DNA from: a virus
Length of the DNA: 64,000 nt
Reading direction: 5' to 3' (one strand)
Virus record (IMG/VR): IMGVR_UViG_3300045988_125802
Shown: piece after piece, positions 45,201 to 54,300 of the stretch
How positions within the stretch are numbered: the stretch's first letter is position 1
Layout of the letters: every line of letters starts with the position of its first letter
The notes under the pieces: model-generated
Databases searched by the model: none
What the model was told of the DNA's origin: nothing
What the model saw: only the letters and a program-made list of their open reading frames with translations
Translations under genes and position numbers: made by a program

Positions 45201-46631
45201 GACAAGTTCCCATTGAAGAATGCCAATGTAATACTTGATGGTCTGTTATCAGACAATCCTGACACTGACACTCTAAGAGAAAGACTATTGTCAGCTCCTC
45301 TTCCTTTCTTACAAGCTTTCTATACTCTTGGCTTGCAGAAGACAGAAGAAATGTTAGGGTCTTATTTCCCTCAATATACTGAATCATTCAGAACTGTAAT
45401 TGATGACCTTAGAGACATGACTAAGACTGGTAAGTTGAATGTAAAGACTATGAATAGTATTTATAATGACCTGCTTGCCTATATCATGTCAAAGAATGGA
45501 TTCTTTGGTTCTGAATTGATTGTAAACCCTGACTCAGAAGTAGGTGATATTATTGTAACTTCCTCTGATAAGAGAAAGGATTTCATCAATAACTTCCCTG
45601 AATACTTCAAGAGAGTGGTTACAGATAATGAGGATATAGCTGACCTTGAATTTATTAAGAGACTCAAGGTAATTAGGGCAAATGACAGTAATCCTGTAGA
45701 CACAGTAGTGTTTAAGAATGTAGGTCAATTAAGTCCTACTTTGAGAGAAAGATATATGAGGGATTGGGCATCTCTATTATATATGAATAACCCAGAAGCT
45801 CAGAAACTTGCTCTTAATCTATTCAGATATAGCTATTATAGAAATGGCTTTGCATTTGGACCTTCAACCTTCATCCATTTGGCACCTGTGGCAGTGAGAA
45901 ATGCTATCCCAGAGTACATAAGTACATTGAGAACTCTCTTGTCATCAAGTGATGATTATAGTCAATTTGTAGACCAATATGTCTATAACCACTTGGATAA
46001 TAGAAAGTTGGTTCCTGAAATCCCTGATACAGCCTCTGTCCAGTTCATAGGAGAGGATAATGAAGTTAAAGATGAAGTTACATTTGTAATTGATGATAAT
46101 GCTACCTTTGGAGATAAGAAAGTTATCAAGAAAAGGATAGATACTCCTGATGGTCCTGCTTATGACTTCTTTAAGTATATAGGCAAGAGAATTAGAGGAA
46201 GTTATGTCTATTATAAGCTGGCTTCATTAGGTACTGAACAAACTAATGTTGCAACCTATGAAAGGATTGAGCCATTAGGTTTCAGAAACAGCTTCATTGA
46301 ATATGAGTATGGCAAGGATGTGGAAGAGATGGAAACTGTAATTGATAAGAACAGGAAAGATTATGACCCTTATGCAGATACATTGTCAAGATTTGACCTT
46401 GGAGATGCTGAGGTTGATTATGACTCTATGCCTGATTATCAAGATATGCCTCAGGAGTATTGGGATTCTATTCCAGAAGTAGATACTGATGCTTTCCAAC
46501 AGGTATATGGTACTCCTCTTGATACTTCAGCTCCTAAGGCTGATGATGTAACAGCTATTCAGCCTAATACAGAGTATAAGGATGAGAATGGTGATAGTAT
46601 TTGTGGTGCTCCAACATTATATAGTTTATAA
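39267..46631 (+). CDS. crAss-type giant virion-packaged RNA polymerase (phi14:2 gp66-like, two-barrel fold)
   Basis: 2454-aa ORF containing SGSDFDVDKMY (DFDVD at 43779-43793), the D-x-D-x-D metal-binding motif described for the crAss-like phage RNAP. The size and position fit. Confidence 0.75.
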   Translation: MSCLIITPEIRELAKKFPNETEQSILNLVGLWQEKNNKSIEDIPLGSELNDFIKELRKEDLITALPISKYVTTEGFLTERGEETIDPLSSPFGTPKVTSVEEQQKVDLLFDPRTRRDRVTLIARFFSNEVDNALQEITDSLKRRINDVSGVEKEELQTELNSLDRFSAIEKYTPAGIFKRVANIFNSYVQDTEEGRVQQELNAINSMRGADKFSDEQKLEAAKKKAAYKNQEYKKIVDDPYVYKALAEEASTLLVMTEGIRIDPNYIAPADANLNDDDPDGNSEVDNEAEDWRQEEAYKDGWMTNFRQVSSHESLSQAVRKVIRQVPKLDYRGKYEKDDLGFTRYLDADYVHATFIDKLRNMINSDDMLPLMQDLQRIKPWVKQVTKLLQGDETLFSQFYQDFRKDFMPYWIQKKKMMPDGTFKMETIAINKPEGVYYLLDAWRDNYENGVQLDDDSVYEKNGEINKDNAAKGLQWTETLNNMFQNLDTESRLQLLEREDVWNTIMKLLHMLGIDANPSVLKTALTDIKTAPGITFTDPIMLLLPQLNVIFSGIKKGEVKSETREDGTEKRGDLINTFGSAYNMIASMMAEVTEDAIESSVRENDKSYYSHVTPNYLGKLIKNLKNVMNDKERFEQFMQTEFKDYEWFFKDGHWRNDWLRQLAESDELRRGLNHKVVLNSDKVDYTNWDDLDYTLALLTEYWGDPDSAKSSIKYAWYHVPILSDSPSAEFIRFRKYTTGDVLDENGKKRTYDDVILDKLVDLVNQEYDRIMLVRERDEAYQSGDKNVEPIANHDIVRKKDGSIKSMGGAEFKFLPALNNLRYDNGETFIDRLSRLKSKGTGAELRNFLRTTLNDMMEDGFEQTYRDWMRVGLLDELPNGKYKYLPFEGQSKQNAITAKALIKAKDALGSLWNTNMELMLRAYNNNSAFDSREANNLMEQIKNLLTDKATRGEMELKDAQSISRSLFVKNNAKDALREYYWNSKLATSQIIQLTTTDLAFYKNLEDFQKRYKEVHAPALRLNTKATYKGERIGRDWERTIYLKDDEIVSSVLEDIKTVLDERVRRNEMTKIDRDNIIYKFKNVNVADAQAYRSLSSYRAILGMSGQWTDDMEQAYNNFKNGDWNIKDFNIIWQTKKPYVYTQVNNNSGIEGHTGIKTPVQHKNSEFLLLAMHELIAGPLGRSGKLKAINKFMEDNQIDVVQFESTTKVGKQGVIDLNDVNTEADVIQRLKDTTGIGFGNENPNVVHKVSYEDYGIQTATPEHAIDAVQLVGTQIRKLITADISDDTIIEVNGKKMTKKEWLDLYNAINTENILQAFANVDKIFKDPKKVEEILLEEIRGNQRYGMDMMRACTLDENNNFNIPLFDPVQSQRVQTLLNSVIKSGTKKVSGITKQKIRGGALIQVSDYGLTDELHIVFEGEGANKRIKYLECYMPAYSREFYEPLMDPNTHQLDVTKLPEDLRKLIGYRVPTEDKYSMAPLYIKGFLPQQNGSAIMLPAEITTLSGSDFDVDKMYIMLPEFRVKKYDMRQAREDYARMNSLFNQVLSQFTHSQLAEDILNADTDDFKEWFKENKEKYRLAKPIISKVKYDFNKSPQENSLEARNNLLIDMMYGVLTNADTASKILNPGGFDYQKKSARIMTILNDSYESDLVKALNEGGVKFNKTIKRAGKEIKAPISSYLFDLPLELSNEEKEERKKKGEPFISLTELAEKTKVKMDPLSPRTQVMLHQQNMTGAKLIGIYANHNANHALMQHTQLALDEENGSFVLNGKRLTSLHDIMNGDKEFISKNNAGFLAASVDNVKDLVLAALNQNTFTADASMLLSRLGYNPIEIGLLMMQPIVQEITQTYFRESREGKGKDTIIDEVLDKYKEKAALNNDLTYDNYKNNSFYIEELADNIMFAKEAVTDRSQTSDFRKIEFYQKQVAVGYLFKRIMNSANALGQLVQATRSDTQGGAAGPTIADTELKMQKVKDLLDQIEDNDKFPLKNANVILDGLLSDNPDTDTLRERLLSAPLPFLQAFYTLGLQKTEEMLGSYFPQYTESFRTVIDDLRDMTKTGKLNVKTMNSIYNDLLAYIMSKNGFFGSELIVNPDSEVGDIIVTSSDKRKDFINNFPEYFKRVVTDNEDIADLEFIKRLKVIRANDSNPVDTVVFKNVGQLSPTLRERYMRDWASLLYMNNPEAQKLALNLFRYSYYRNGFAFGPSTFIHLAPVAVRNAIPEYISTLRTLLSSSDDYSQFVDQYVYNHLDNRKLVPEIPDTASVQFIGEDNEVKDEVTFVIDDNATFGDKKVIKKRIDTPDGPAYDFFKYIGKRIRGSYVYYKLASLGTEQTNVATYERIEPLGFRNSFIEYEYGKDVEEMETVIDKNRKDYDPYADTLSRFDLGDAEVDYDSMPDYQDMPQEYWDSIPEVDTDAFQQVYGTPLDTSAPKADDVTAIQPNTEYKDENGDSICGAPTLYSL

Positions 46632-46634
46632 GAT

Positions 46635-49600
46635 ATGGCAAGAAGTTGTGCAATTATTCCAAAGGTAAGAAATAGAAATGGTCAGGTAGTGGACAGCAAG
46701 TTATTTAAGGACTTGCTGTCCTTCACTTCAAACAATAGAAGTGAGGCTACAAGATTGTATCTTATCACAAAAGCTGACTCTTTTATAAGAGATTGGAATC
46801 CAAGGCTAACATTAGATGAAAACAATGAACCTACATTGAGGAGTTTGCTAAAGCAGACTAATCTCAGTAAAGTCATTCCAGAAACTAAGGTACTTGAGAG
46901 ACTTAATAGGGAGATTGGGTACTATAAGAAAGGAATGGATAGACCAGCTCTATGGGTAAACAATGATGAGAATTATCAGAAGTTGAAACAAAGGGCTATA
47001 GCCTTTAATCAGAACTCAGAGTATAGAGATGATTATGTGGCTAATATAGTTAAGATTCAAGACAGTGAATCTCCAAGAGTATTCATTGGAGTAAAGGTTG
47101 AGAAAAGAAACAGGCTTAACTCTATTAATGCAGATAAGATGGAATACAATGAAAACCTTAATAATAGGTTGAGGGGTATTCTTGAGTCTCATGGAATAGG
47201 GATAGGTGCTTTGACTGACCTTGAAAAGAGAATGGGTGTTCATGGTGTGACTGATTTTGATGTTGCAAGAAATGCAGCAAATGGTCTTGTTGAAATGATT
47301 AGGCTTGCTAATAGTATTCAAGGTGAAAGAGCACTTCCTGAGGAATTTGCACACTTTGCCATTGAAGCTATGGGAGATAATCCACTTATCACAAGACTTA
47401 TCAATAATATATCTTCCAATGGACTGGCAAGAGAAATTATAGGTGAGGACTATGATACCTATGATACTCTATATCATAGTGATGATACTAAGTTGGCAAA
47501 AGAAGCTGCGGGTAAACTACTTGCAAAGCATCTTCTTCAAGGTGAGAATATCCCATCTGCTCCTTATAAGAATCTACTGCAAAGAGTAATCCAAGCAGTT
47601 AAGAGTTTCTTTAAGAATATTAGTGCAAGTCCTATACAAAGAGCCATGAAGGAGGCTGACAAGAACTTTGGTTCTTTAGCACAGCAAATACTTAATGGCA
47701 GCATGGATGAGGCTATTGATGTTAGCAATATAGCTTCAAATGGGGTATTTTACAGTACCTCAGAGAGAGTGGCAAGAGATAAGAAGTTACTTCAAGGAAT
47801 CATTGAGAATGAGTTGAAGAGATTGAAGATTTATGAAAAGAGAAATCCTAATAGCCAGTTTAGTGCTAATCAAAGGTTACTAATTGATAGATTGGATATT
47901 GAATTAGCTGATAACAATGAGATTGAGGGTATTTATACTTTTGTAGAGAATGCTCTTGAAGAATTGACTAAGGTAAGTGACAGACTTACTATGCTACAGA
48001 ATACTCCTGCTACTAATGTTAATGAGAGAGCCAGAGTACTAAGAGATGTCAGAAACTACTTGTATAGTTACAAGCATATTACTGATGATATTAGGAAGGC
48101 TCTTATTGATGAAGAGAAGTATGCAGACAATAGATATGGTCAAAGGGTAAGGGTAGTATTGGACAACACAACTACATTACTTGGAGACTTGTTTGTAAGG
48201 TACAATGAAGTATCAATGCCTCTCTTTGTTGATTTCATTAAACCTTTTGTAGGAGAGAGCATAACTGTTCCTTTTGGCAAGTTCAAAGGTAAGACTATGA
48301 CTGCTGAAGACTTGGTTAAGGTAGCTGACAAGGACATATCTTTCTTTGATAGGTGGCTTGATTCTATGGCAGACTCTTCAGATTATATGCTGAAAGTTAT
48401 GGACCAAGCTGTCAAGAAGAGTAAAGAAAATGCAAGGTTGGAGACTATCAATGTTATGAAGGAGCTTCAAGCTGCTACCATTAAGTTAGAGCAAGCTGGG
48501 GTTAAGAGCACTGATTGGATGTTTGAAAGAGACAGTAAAGGTAACCTTACAGGTAATTATATCTCTGAGATTAACCAAGGTCTATTCAAGGAGAAAGTCA
48601 GGGAAATGTTCAAGTCTCTCAATGAAAAGTATGGTAAGAATCCTGTAGGAGATAATGCAGAGAAGTACAGAAAGGAGAGACAAGCTTGGTTTGATGCTAA
48701 TATGGAGATAGTCAATGGAAAGAAGCAACCTAAAGTATCAATCTATGGCAATAAGGCTTATCAGAACTTGAATCCTGCCCAGAAAGAGTACTACAACAAG
48801 GTTATGGAGATAAAAGCTAAGCTGGATTCATACCTTCCTGACAAGTACACTACCTTAACTAATGCAGTTAAAATCAGAAAGGACTTACTTGAAAGAGTAA
48901 AGGCATCTGATGGTGTAAAGTCAGGTAGTACGCAAGTATGGGAAGCTGTTAAAGACCAATTTATTAGAAGGACAGATGACACTGAGTTTGGAGATAGGGC
49001 TACAGTAAAGGACTTTGAAGGTAAAGAGGTACAAGTACTTCCTATCTACTATACTAAGATGAAAGAGGGTGAAAGTCCTAATGACCTATCTACTGATATA
49101 GTATCTACTCTCACAGCTTATGCAGCTATGGCTAATGACTTCAATGAAATGAATAAAGTAATTGATGTTCTTGAGCTTGGTAGGGATATGCTAAAGGAGA
49201 GGGAAATTATACAGACAAGAGGTGGTAAACCATTGGTTGAGAAGTTTAAGTCTGTAGGTAGAAGAGTAGAATCTACTCTCACTAAGTCTGGTGATGAAAC
49301 AAGATTTATGCAGAGACTAAATGACTTCTTTGAGATGCAGGTCTATGGTAGATACATGGCTGATGAAGGCACATTTGGTAATACTAAAATTGATAAAGGA
49401 AAGGTGGCTAACTTTGTTAATAGGATGACTTCTCTTAATACATTAGCTGTCAATGTACTATCAGGTATTTCCAATGTGGCTACTGGTGGAGTTATGATGA
49501 GGATTGAATCTTTCTCTGGAGAGTTCTTTAATGAATCTAATACTCTAAGGGCTGACAGGAACTATGGTCAAGCATTACCTGAGTTCCTTGCAGAGATTGG

Positions 49601-50690
49601 TAATAGAGTCAAGACAAGTAAACTTGCCTTATGGGATGAATTATTCAATGTATTGCAGGAATATGAAACTGATGTTAGAGAGGTAAACTTTGATAGAAAG
49701 ACTTGGTTCAGTAGAATGTTTGGTGCTTCTGCCTTGTTCCTTATGAATAATGCTGGTGAGCATTGGATGCAGAATAGAACCTCATTAGCACTTGCAGATG
49801 CTTATAAAATGAAAGCCCCTGATGGTAAGATAGTATCTCTATGGGATGCTATGGAAGTGGTTCCTATTGATAAGAATAACAAGAAATTAGGTGCTAAGTT
49901 ACAGCTAAAGCAAGGTTATACTAAGGAGGATGGGTCTGCATTTACAAGAGATGATATTATAGCATTCAGTAGAAAGTCTGCTGCTATAAATCAGAGAATG
50001 CACGGTATTTATAATAAGGCTGACAGAAGTGCAGTACAAAGGTTAGCTGTAGGTAGAATGGGTGTTATGTTTAGAAAGTGGATTAAGCCATCTCTGAACA
50101 GAAGATTCAAGTCTGCCACATATAACTATGACTTGCAAGCATGGACAGAAGGTTACTATAATACCACAGGTAGGTTCTTGATGCAGCTTGCTAAGGAATT
50201 AAAAGAAGGTCAGTTTGCACTAGCTGCAAATTGGAACCAACTTTCCAAGACTGAGAAAGCAAATATCAAAAGAGCTGCAACTGAAGTAGGACACTTCTTA
50301 GCAGTAGCACTTGTACTTGGTCTTATGGACTGGTCAGATGACAAGGATAGACCTTGGCTGGCTAAGATGGCAGAATATCAGGCAAGAAGATTATACACTG
50401 AATTAGGTTCATTGATTCCTGGACCTCAGATGGTTGGAGAAGGATTGAAGATTATAAAGTCTCCTGCTGCTGGCATTAATACTCTTGAGAATACTCTTGA
50501 TTTAATTGGACTTATGAATCCATTTAATTATGAAGTATTTGCTGGAGAAGATGCTTTGATACAGTCAGGAAGATATGAAGGGGAGTCTAAGGCAACAAGA
50601 CTATTCTTTGAATCTCCACTTATTCCAATGAATAGAACCATTTATAGAGGTTTACATCCTGAGGAAGGTATTCCATTCTTCAAGCAATAA
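46635..50690 (+). CDS. large virion/ejected-cargo-type protein (1351 aa), function unknown
   Basis: It starts 3 nt after the RNAP stop and has hydrophobic segments near the C-terminus. The assignment rests on synteny with crAss-like RNAP/cargo blocks only. Confidence 0.45.
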   Translation: MARSCAIIPKVRNRNGQVVDSKLFKDLLSFTSNNRSEATRLYLITKADSFIRDWNPRLTLDENNEPTLRSLLKQTNLSKVIPETKVLERLNREIGYYKKGMDRPALWVNNDENYQKLKQRAIAFNQNSEYRDDYVANIVKIQDSESPRVFIGVKVEKRNRLNSINADKMEYNENLNNRLRGILESHGIGIGALTDLEKRMGVHGVTDFDVARNAANGLVEMIRLANSIQGERALPEEFAHFAIEAMGDNPLITRLINNISSNGLAREIIGEDYDTYDTLYHSDDTKLAKEAAGKLLAKHLLQGENIPSAPYKNLLQRVIQAVKSFFKNISASPIQRAMKEADKNFGSLAQQILNGSMDEAIDVSNIASNGVFYSTSERVARDKKLLQGIIENELKRLKIYEKRNPNSQFSANQRLLIDRLDIELADNNEIEGIYTFVENALEELTKVSDRLTMLQNTPATNVNERARVLRDVRNYLYSYKHITDDIRKALIDEEKYADNRYGQRVRVVLDNTTTLLGDLFVRYNEVSMPLFVDFIKPFVGESITVPFGKFKGKTMTAEDLVKVADKDISFFDRWLDSMADSSDYMLKVMDQAVKKSKENARLETINVMKELQAATIKLEQAGVKSTDWMFERDSKGNLTGNYISEINQGLFKEKVREMFKSLNEKYGKNPVGDNAEKYRKERQAWFDANMEIVNGKKQPKVSIYGNKAYQNLNPAQKEYYNKVMEIKAKLDSYLPDKYTTLTNAVKIRKDLLERVKASDGVKSGSTQVWEAVKDQFIRRTDDTEFGDRATVKDFEGKEVQVLPIYYTKMKEGESPNDLSTDIVSTLTAYAAMANDFNEMNKVIDVLELGRDMLKEREIIQTRGGKPLVEKFKSVGRRVESTLTKSGDETRFMQRLNDFFEMQVYGRYMADEGTFGNTKIDKGKVANFVNRMTSLNTLAVNVLSGISNVATGGVMMRIESFSGEFFNESNTLRADRNYGQALPEFLAEIGNRVKTSKLALWDELFNVLQEYETDVREVNFDRKTWFSRMFGASALFLMNNAGEHWMQNRTSLALADAYKMKAPDGKIVSLWDAMEVVPIDKNNKKLGAKLQLKQGYTKEDGSAFTRDDIIAFSRKSAAINQRMHGIYNKADRSAVQRLAVGRMGVMFRKWIKPSLNRRFKSATYNYDLQAWTEGYYNTTGRFLMQLAKELKEGQFALAANWNQLSKTEKANIKRAATEVGHFLAVALVLGLMDWSDDKDRPWLAKMAEYQARRLYTELGSLIPGPQMVGEGLKIIKSPAAGINTLENTLDLIGLMNPFNYEVFAGEDALIQSGRYEGESKATRLFFESPLIPMNRTIYRGLHPEEGIPFFKQ

Positions 50691-50714
50691 CATAACAGAT
50701 AATAATTAGCAGAT

Positions 50715-50762
50715 AGGGAGAGTGAGTAGATTAAGCTCTACTCCTCCCCTTATTTTTTTTTA
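50715..50762 (+). terminator. rho-independent terminator
   Basis: GGGAG(AGT)GAGTAGA-TTAAGC-TCTACTCCTCCC hairpin followed by TTATTTTTTTTT. Confidence 0.7.
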
Positions 50763-50769
50763 TTCAAAA

Positions 50770-50801
50770 TTTGCTACCCTGCAAAAACTTTTGTATCTTT
50801 G
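50770..50801 (+). promoter_or_regulatory. Bacteroidota-type promoter (TTTG-N20-TATCTTTG)
   Basis: -33 TTTG at 50770-73 and -7 box at 50794-50801. The ATG is at 50819. Confidence 0.5.
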
Positions 50802-50818
50802 CAGAAAATTTATATGAT

Positions 50819-51343
50819 ATGGAAAATTGGAAATTAATAGATGAAAATTCTAAGTATGAAGTGAATAATGAAGGACAAGTGAGGAATGTAAAAACAGGAA
50901 GATTACTAAAGCCATTCCTTAGTCATAATAGGTATCTAAAAGTAAGTTTAGGAGGTAAAAATAGGATGATACATAGACTTGTGGCATTAGCTTTTCTTCC
51001 TAATCCCAATAATTATCCTTTTATAAACCATAAAGATGAAGATAAGGAGAACAATAGTGTAGAAAATTTAGAATGGTGTACCGCTAAATATAATATAAAT
51101 TATGGAGATAGAACTGCAAAATTTGTAGAGACCATAAATACTAAGAGAAAAATTAGACCTTATTTATATAGACCTGTATTACAGTACTCTCTTGATGGTG
51201 AATTTATACAAGAGTTTCCATCTATAAAAGCTGCTGCACAAGCTATAAATGCTAAAAATGACTCTGGAATTGGGCTATGCTGTAGAGGGAAATATAAATA
51301 TGCTATGGGATATATTTGGAGGTATAAAAATAGGGCAAGGTAA
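50819..51343 (+). CDS. free-standing NUMOD4-HNH homing endonuclease
   Basis: MENWKLIDENSKYEVNNEGQVRNV and INHKDEDKENNSVENLEW. The track ORF from TTG 50771 covers the promoter. Confidence 0.8.
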   Translation: MENWKLIDENSKYEVNNEGQVRNVKTGRLLKPFLSHNRYLKVSLGGKNRMIHRLVALAFLPNPNNYPFINHKDEDKENNSVENLEWCTAKYNINYGDRTAKFVETINTKRKIRPYLYRPVLQYSLDGEFIQEFPSIKAAAQAINAKNDSGIGLCCRGKYKYAMGYIWRYKNRAR

Positions 51344-51354
51344 CAACCCTGCCC
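51333..51354. terminator. hairpin at the convergent gene junction (possible bidirectional terminator)
   Basis: GGGCAAGG-TAACAA-CCCTGCCC (7 of 8 bp), flanked by A/T runs on both sides. Confidence 0.35.
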
Positions 51355-51378
51355 TAATAAAAAATTTCACCCTACTGA

Positions 51379-54300
51379 TTAAAAGGCTATACACTTAATA
51401 GCTTGGTCTCTCTCCTTTTGAGAGATTGAATCAAACTTCTCTGCTGTCCAACCTTTCTTCAATAAATTCTCTTGCATAGAATCACTTAAAGTATTAAATG
51501 ATGTAGTAGTTGAAGTAGTACCTCTCAATTCACTGATGGTAGGAACTTTGAATGTACTATCTGCATACTTACCCTCATTAATTCTTCTATAGTAGTCTAT
51601 CAAGGAAGGTCTAAAGTTATTCCAGTTAGTAACCTTAGCAAAGAGTTCCTTGAAGAAATCAAGTATTCTCTTACCTAAGCCCCTATTCTGTCTTGTCATT
51701 ACATACTCTCTGAATCCTTCTGCCATATCTTCCTCAAGAGAGAGATTATCTTTCTCACCATATAACTTTCTTGCTTCATCATATAATGCCTGTCTCTCAT
51801 TATTGTCAAGAAGGAGATTAAATACAGCATGAAATGCTTCATGGTATGCAGTACCTTCAGCAGCTATGTCAGACAATGTGATTACACCTTTATCAAATTG
51901 ACCCCAAGCTAAGGCACCTTGTCTGCCTACTTTAATAAGACCTTTTACTACTTGTACTTTATCATTCTCACTTAATTGAGGTAGCACTCTACTAATCCAA
52001 TTAAGCTCCTTTTCCTGATTCCATACTGGAGCCTCTGTGTCATCTACTCTTCTTAGGGTAAATTCATCCTCAAACTCTTCATCATGGTCATTAATTGCCT
52101 GTTCCTTTTGGGCAGTATAGGCAGCACCTGTCTGGGTATTACCTTGATTAATAGTTGCAGGAGTTTCCACAGTAGTAATAGGAGTAGCACTTACAGTAGG
52201 TACTGCATCAGGGTCAAACAATATAGTCTTTTCTGATGCTAATTCCTTAACTTTCTGTGGCTTAGCCTCAAGTCCCTTTCTAATTGCATCCTCAACTTGT
52301 GATTGGGTCATACCCCCCTGCACAGGATTATTCTTCAAGAATAGGAATGTCTTACCATTAGGGAATACTGCATAGAAGCTATTTGAAGCTACATGAGCAG
52401 CTTCCTTACCAAATCCCTTTGTAATATTAGGAACCTTAGTTACATGAACTTCAACCCCATCAATTACAGTCAGTGGTGTAACATATCCCTTGTGTAATTT
52501 GCCATCCAACTCAAAGTAACCTACTCCCTCATCAGCATTATTCATACTGTGTTCAGGTGTTAAATCCTCAATAGGATTTTGTGTCTCTAATGAGGTTTCA
52601 AAAATAGGCAATACTGTCTGAGCCTGTGCTGGAGTGGCAGGAGTTTCTGTAGATTTATCTACCTTAACTGCACTTGCTAAAGGTACATTAACAGCAGGAT
52701 TGTATGCAATAGGAATACCTTTTTCACTCTGTACTGCTGATACATTCTCCTTATCATAACTCAGTACAAATGGCATTACAGCTAACTTAGTAACTGGTAC
52801 ACCATACTGAGATTCAAAGAGGTTCTTGTATGCAGAAAGTTGTAAAGTATAATAATCCTTTGCACTCATCCTTTGAGTAGCAGATGGAGTAGTAAAGTCA
52901 TAGAAGCTGTATCTACTTGTCTTTACATCATAAATCCTAAAGTTACCATCCTTATCAACAGAAAGAATATCAACCTCACCTGCAACTCTTGTGCCATCAG
53001 GATACTTTTGGAACAATACAATATTGTCAGCAAGGAACCTTTCCCCCATTTGCTCCATATTTGATTTAACCCTATTGAGAGTAGTAATCAAATCTATAAA
53101 AGCATTCTCTGACATATTGGATGGCTTTACTATCTTAGATACATCTCTTATAGTAAAGTACTGTCTGATGATACTATCTACTGCTGAACCAGCATCAAGT
53201 GCCCTTTGTGAATTAGTACCAGACATCTTGTCTCTTACTATATTCACAATAGTATCTCTACTCTTGGCATCAGTCTTTCCTCTATAAGCAGTCAAGTCTA
53301 CCTTAAACTTGTTCTCCAAGTATTTCAGATAATTCTCATACTGAGTAGGATTATCTACAAACTTGCTAAGATTAAGTCTTGCTAATTCAAGAGCCTTTGT
53401 CTGCTTGTCAGATTCTACCCAATTAGAACCTAATCTACTATGCACTCTACTATATTGGTGATATTCACCATCATCTTCAAGTACATAATAAAACTCTCCA
53501 TCAGTTCTTGTCTTGTCTATTCTCTTTTGGTTCTCATATATTTCGCTGATAACCTCCTTAGACTTGGCAACTCTATCTTCTCTTTCTTTCTTCCTACCTG
53601 CAATAGTATCCTTAACATCTTGTGCCTCTTGACCACTGAGATATGTCTGCTTGCTTCTATCAAGTACCTTACCATCAGGGGTAAGAACTTTGTTATCTAC
53701 CATCATTGATGAGTTAGTGGAATCCCCAAAGTTATCTTGTGCCCAAGCCAAGTCAAATAATATTCTATTACTGTCAGTAACTTCTACAGTCCTGCCTTGG
53801 TCATCTCTGATAGTGTTTGTCTTTAAGTCTACATAGTATGGCTTATTTGAGAATACAGATACTATTCTTGTACCTGCAATAGCACCCTCAGTACCTCCTA
53901 CAGGAGTTTCTACTTTCCTCTTAGGTTGAGGAGCTACAGAAGCTGGACTTATAGCCTGATGTAAGTTACCTTCATTATCAAAGTAATCAGTTGTAAACCA
54001 ATTACTTCTTACTGAAGCCTCAGTAATATTTGAAGTAAGGATATTAGAGTTTATCAATCTATTGTTGTATGCACCTTCATTTATTCTCCTTGTGCTGACC
54101 TGTAAAGGAAGATTGAACTTGATAAGGTGTCCAAGTATCTCATTGTATATATCCTCAGGATTCTTAGGAGTACCTAATGCACTTGTATCTCCCAAGTCTT
54201 CAAGAGCAGTTACATCAAAGTTTATACCATTGATTTCTGCACTCTTACTACTTGTAGAGAAATATACATCATATTTATCCTCCTTGATTTGCTCCTTTCC

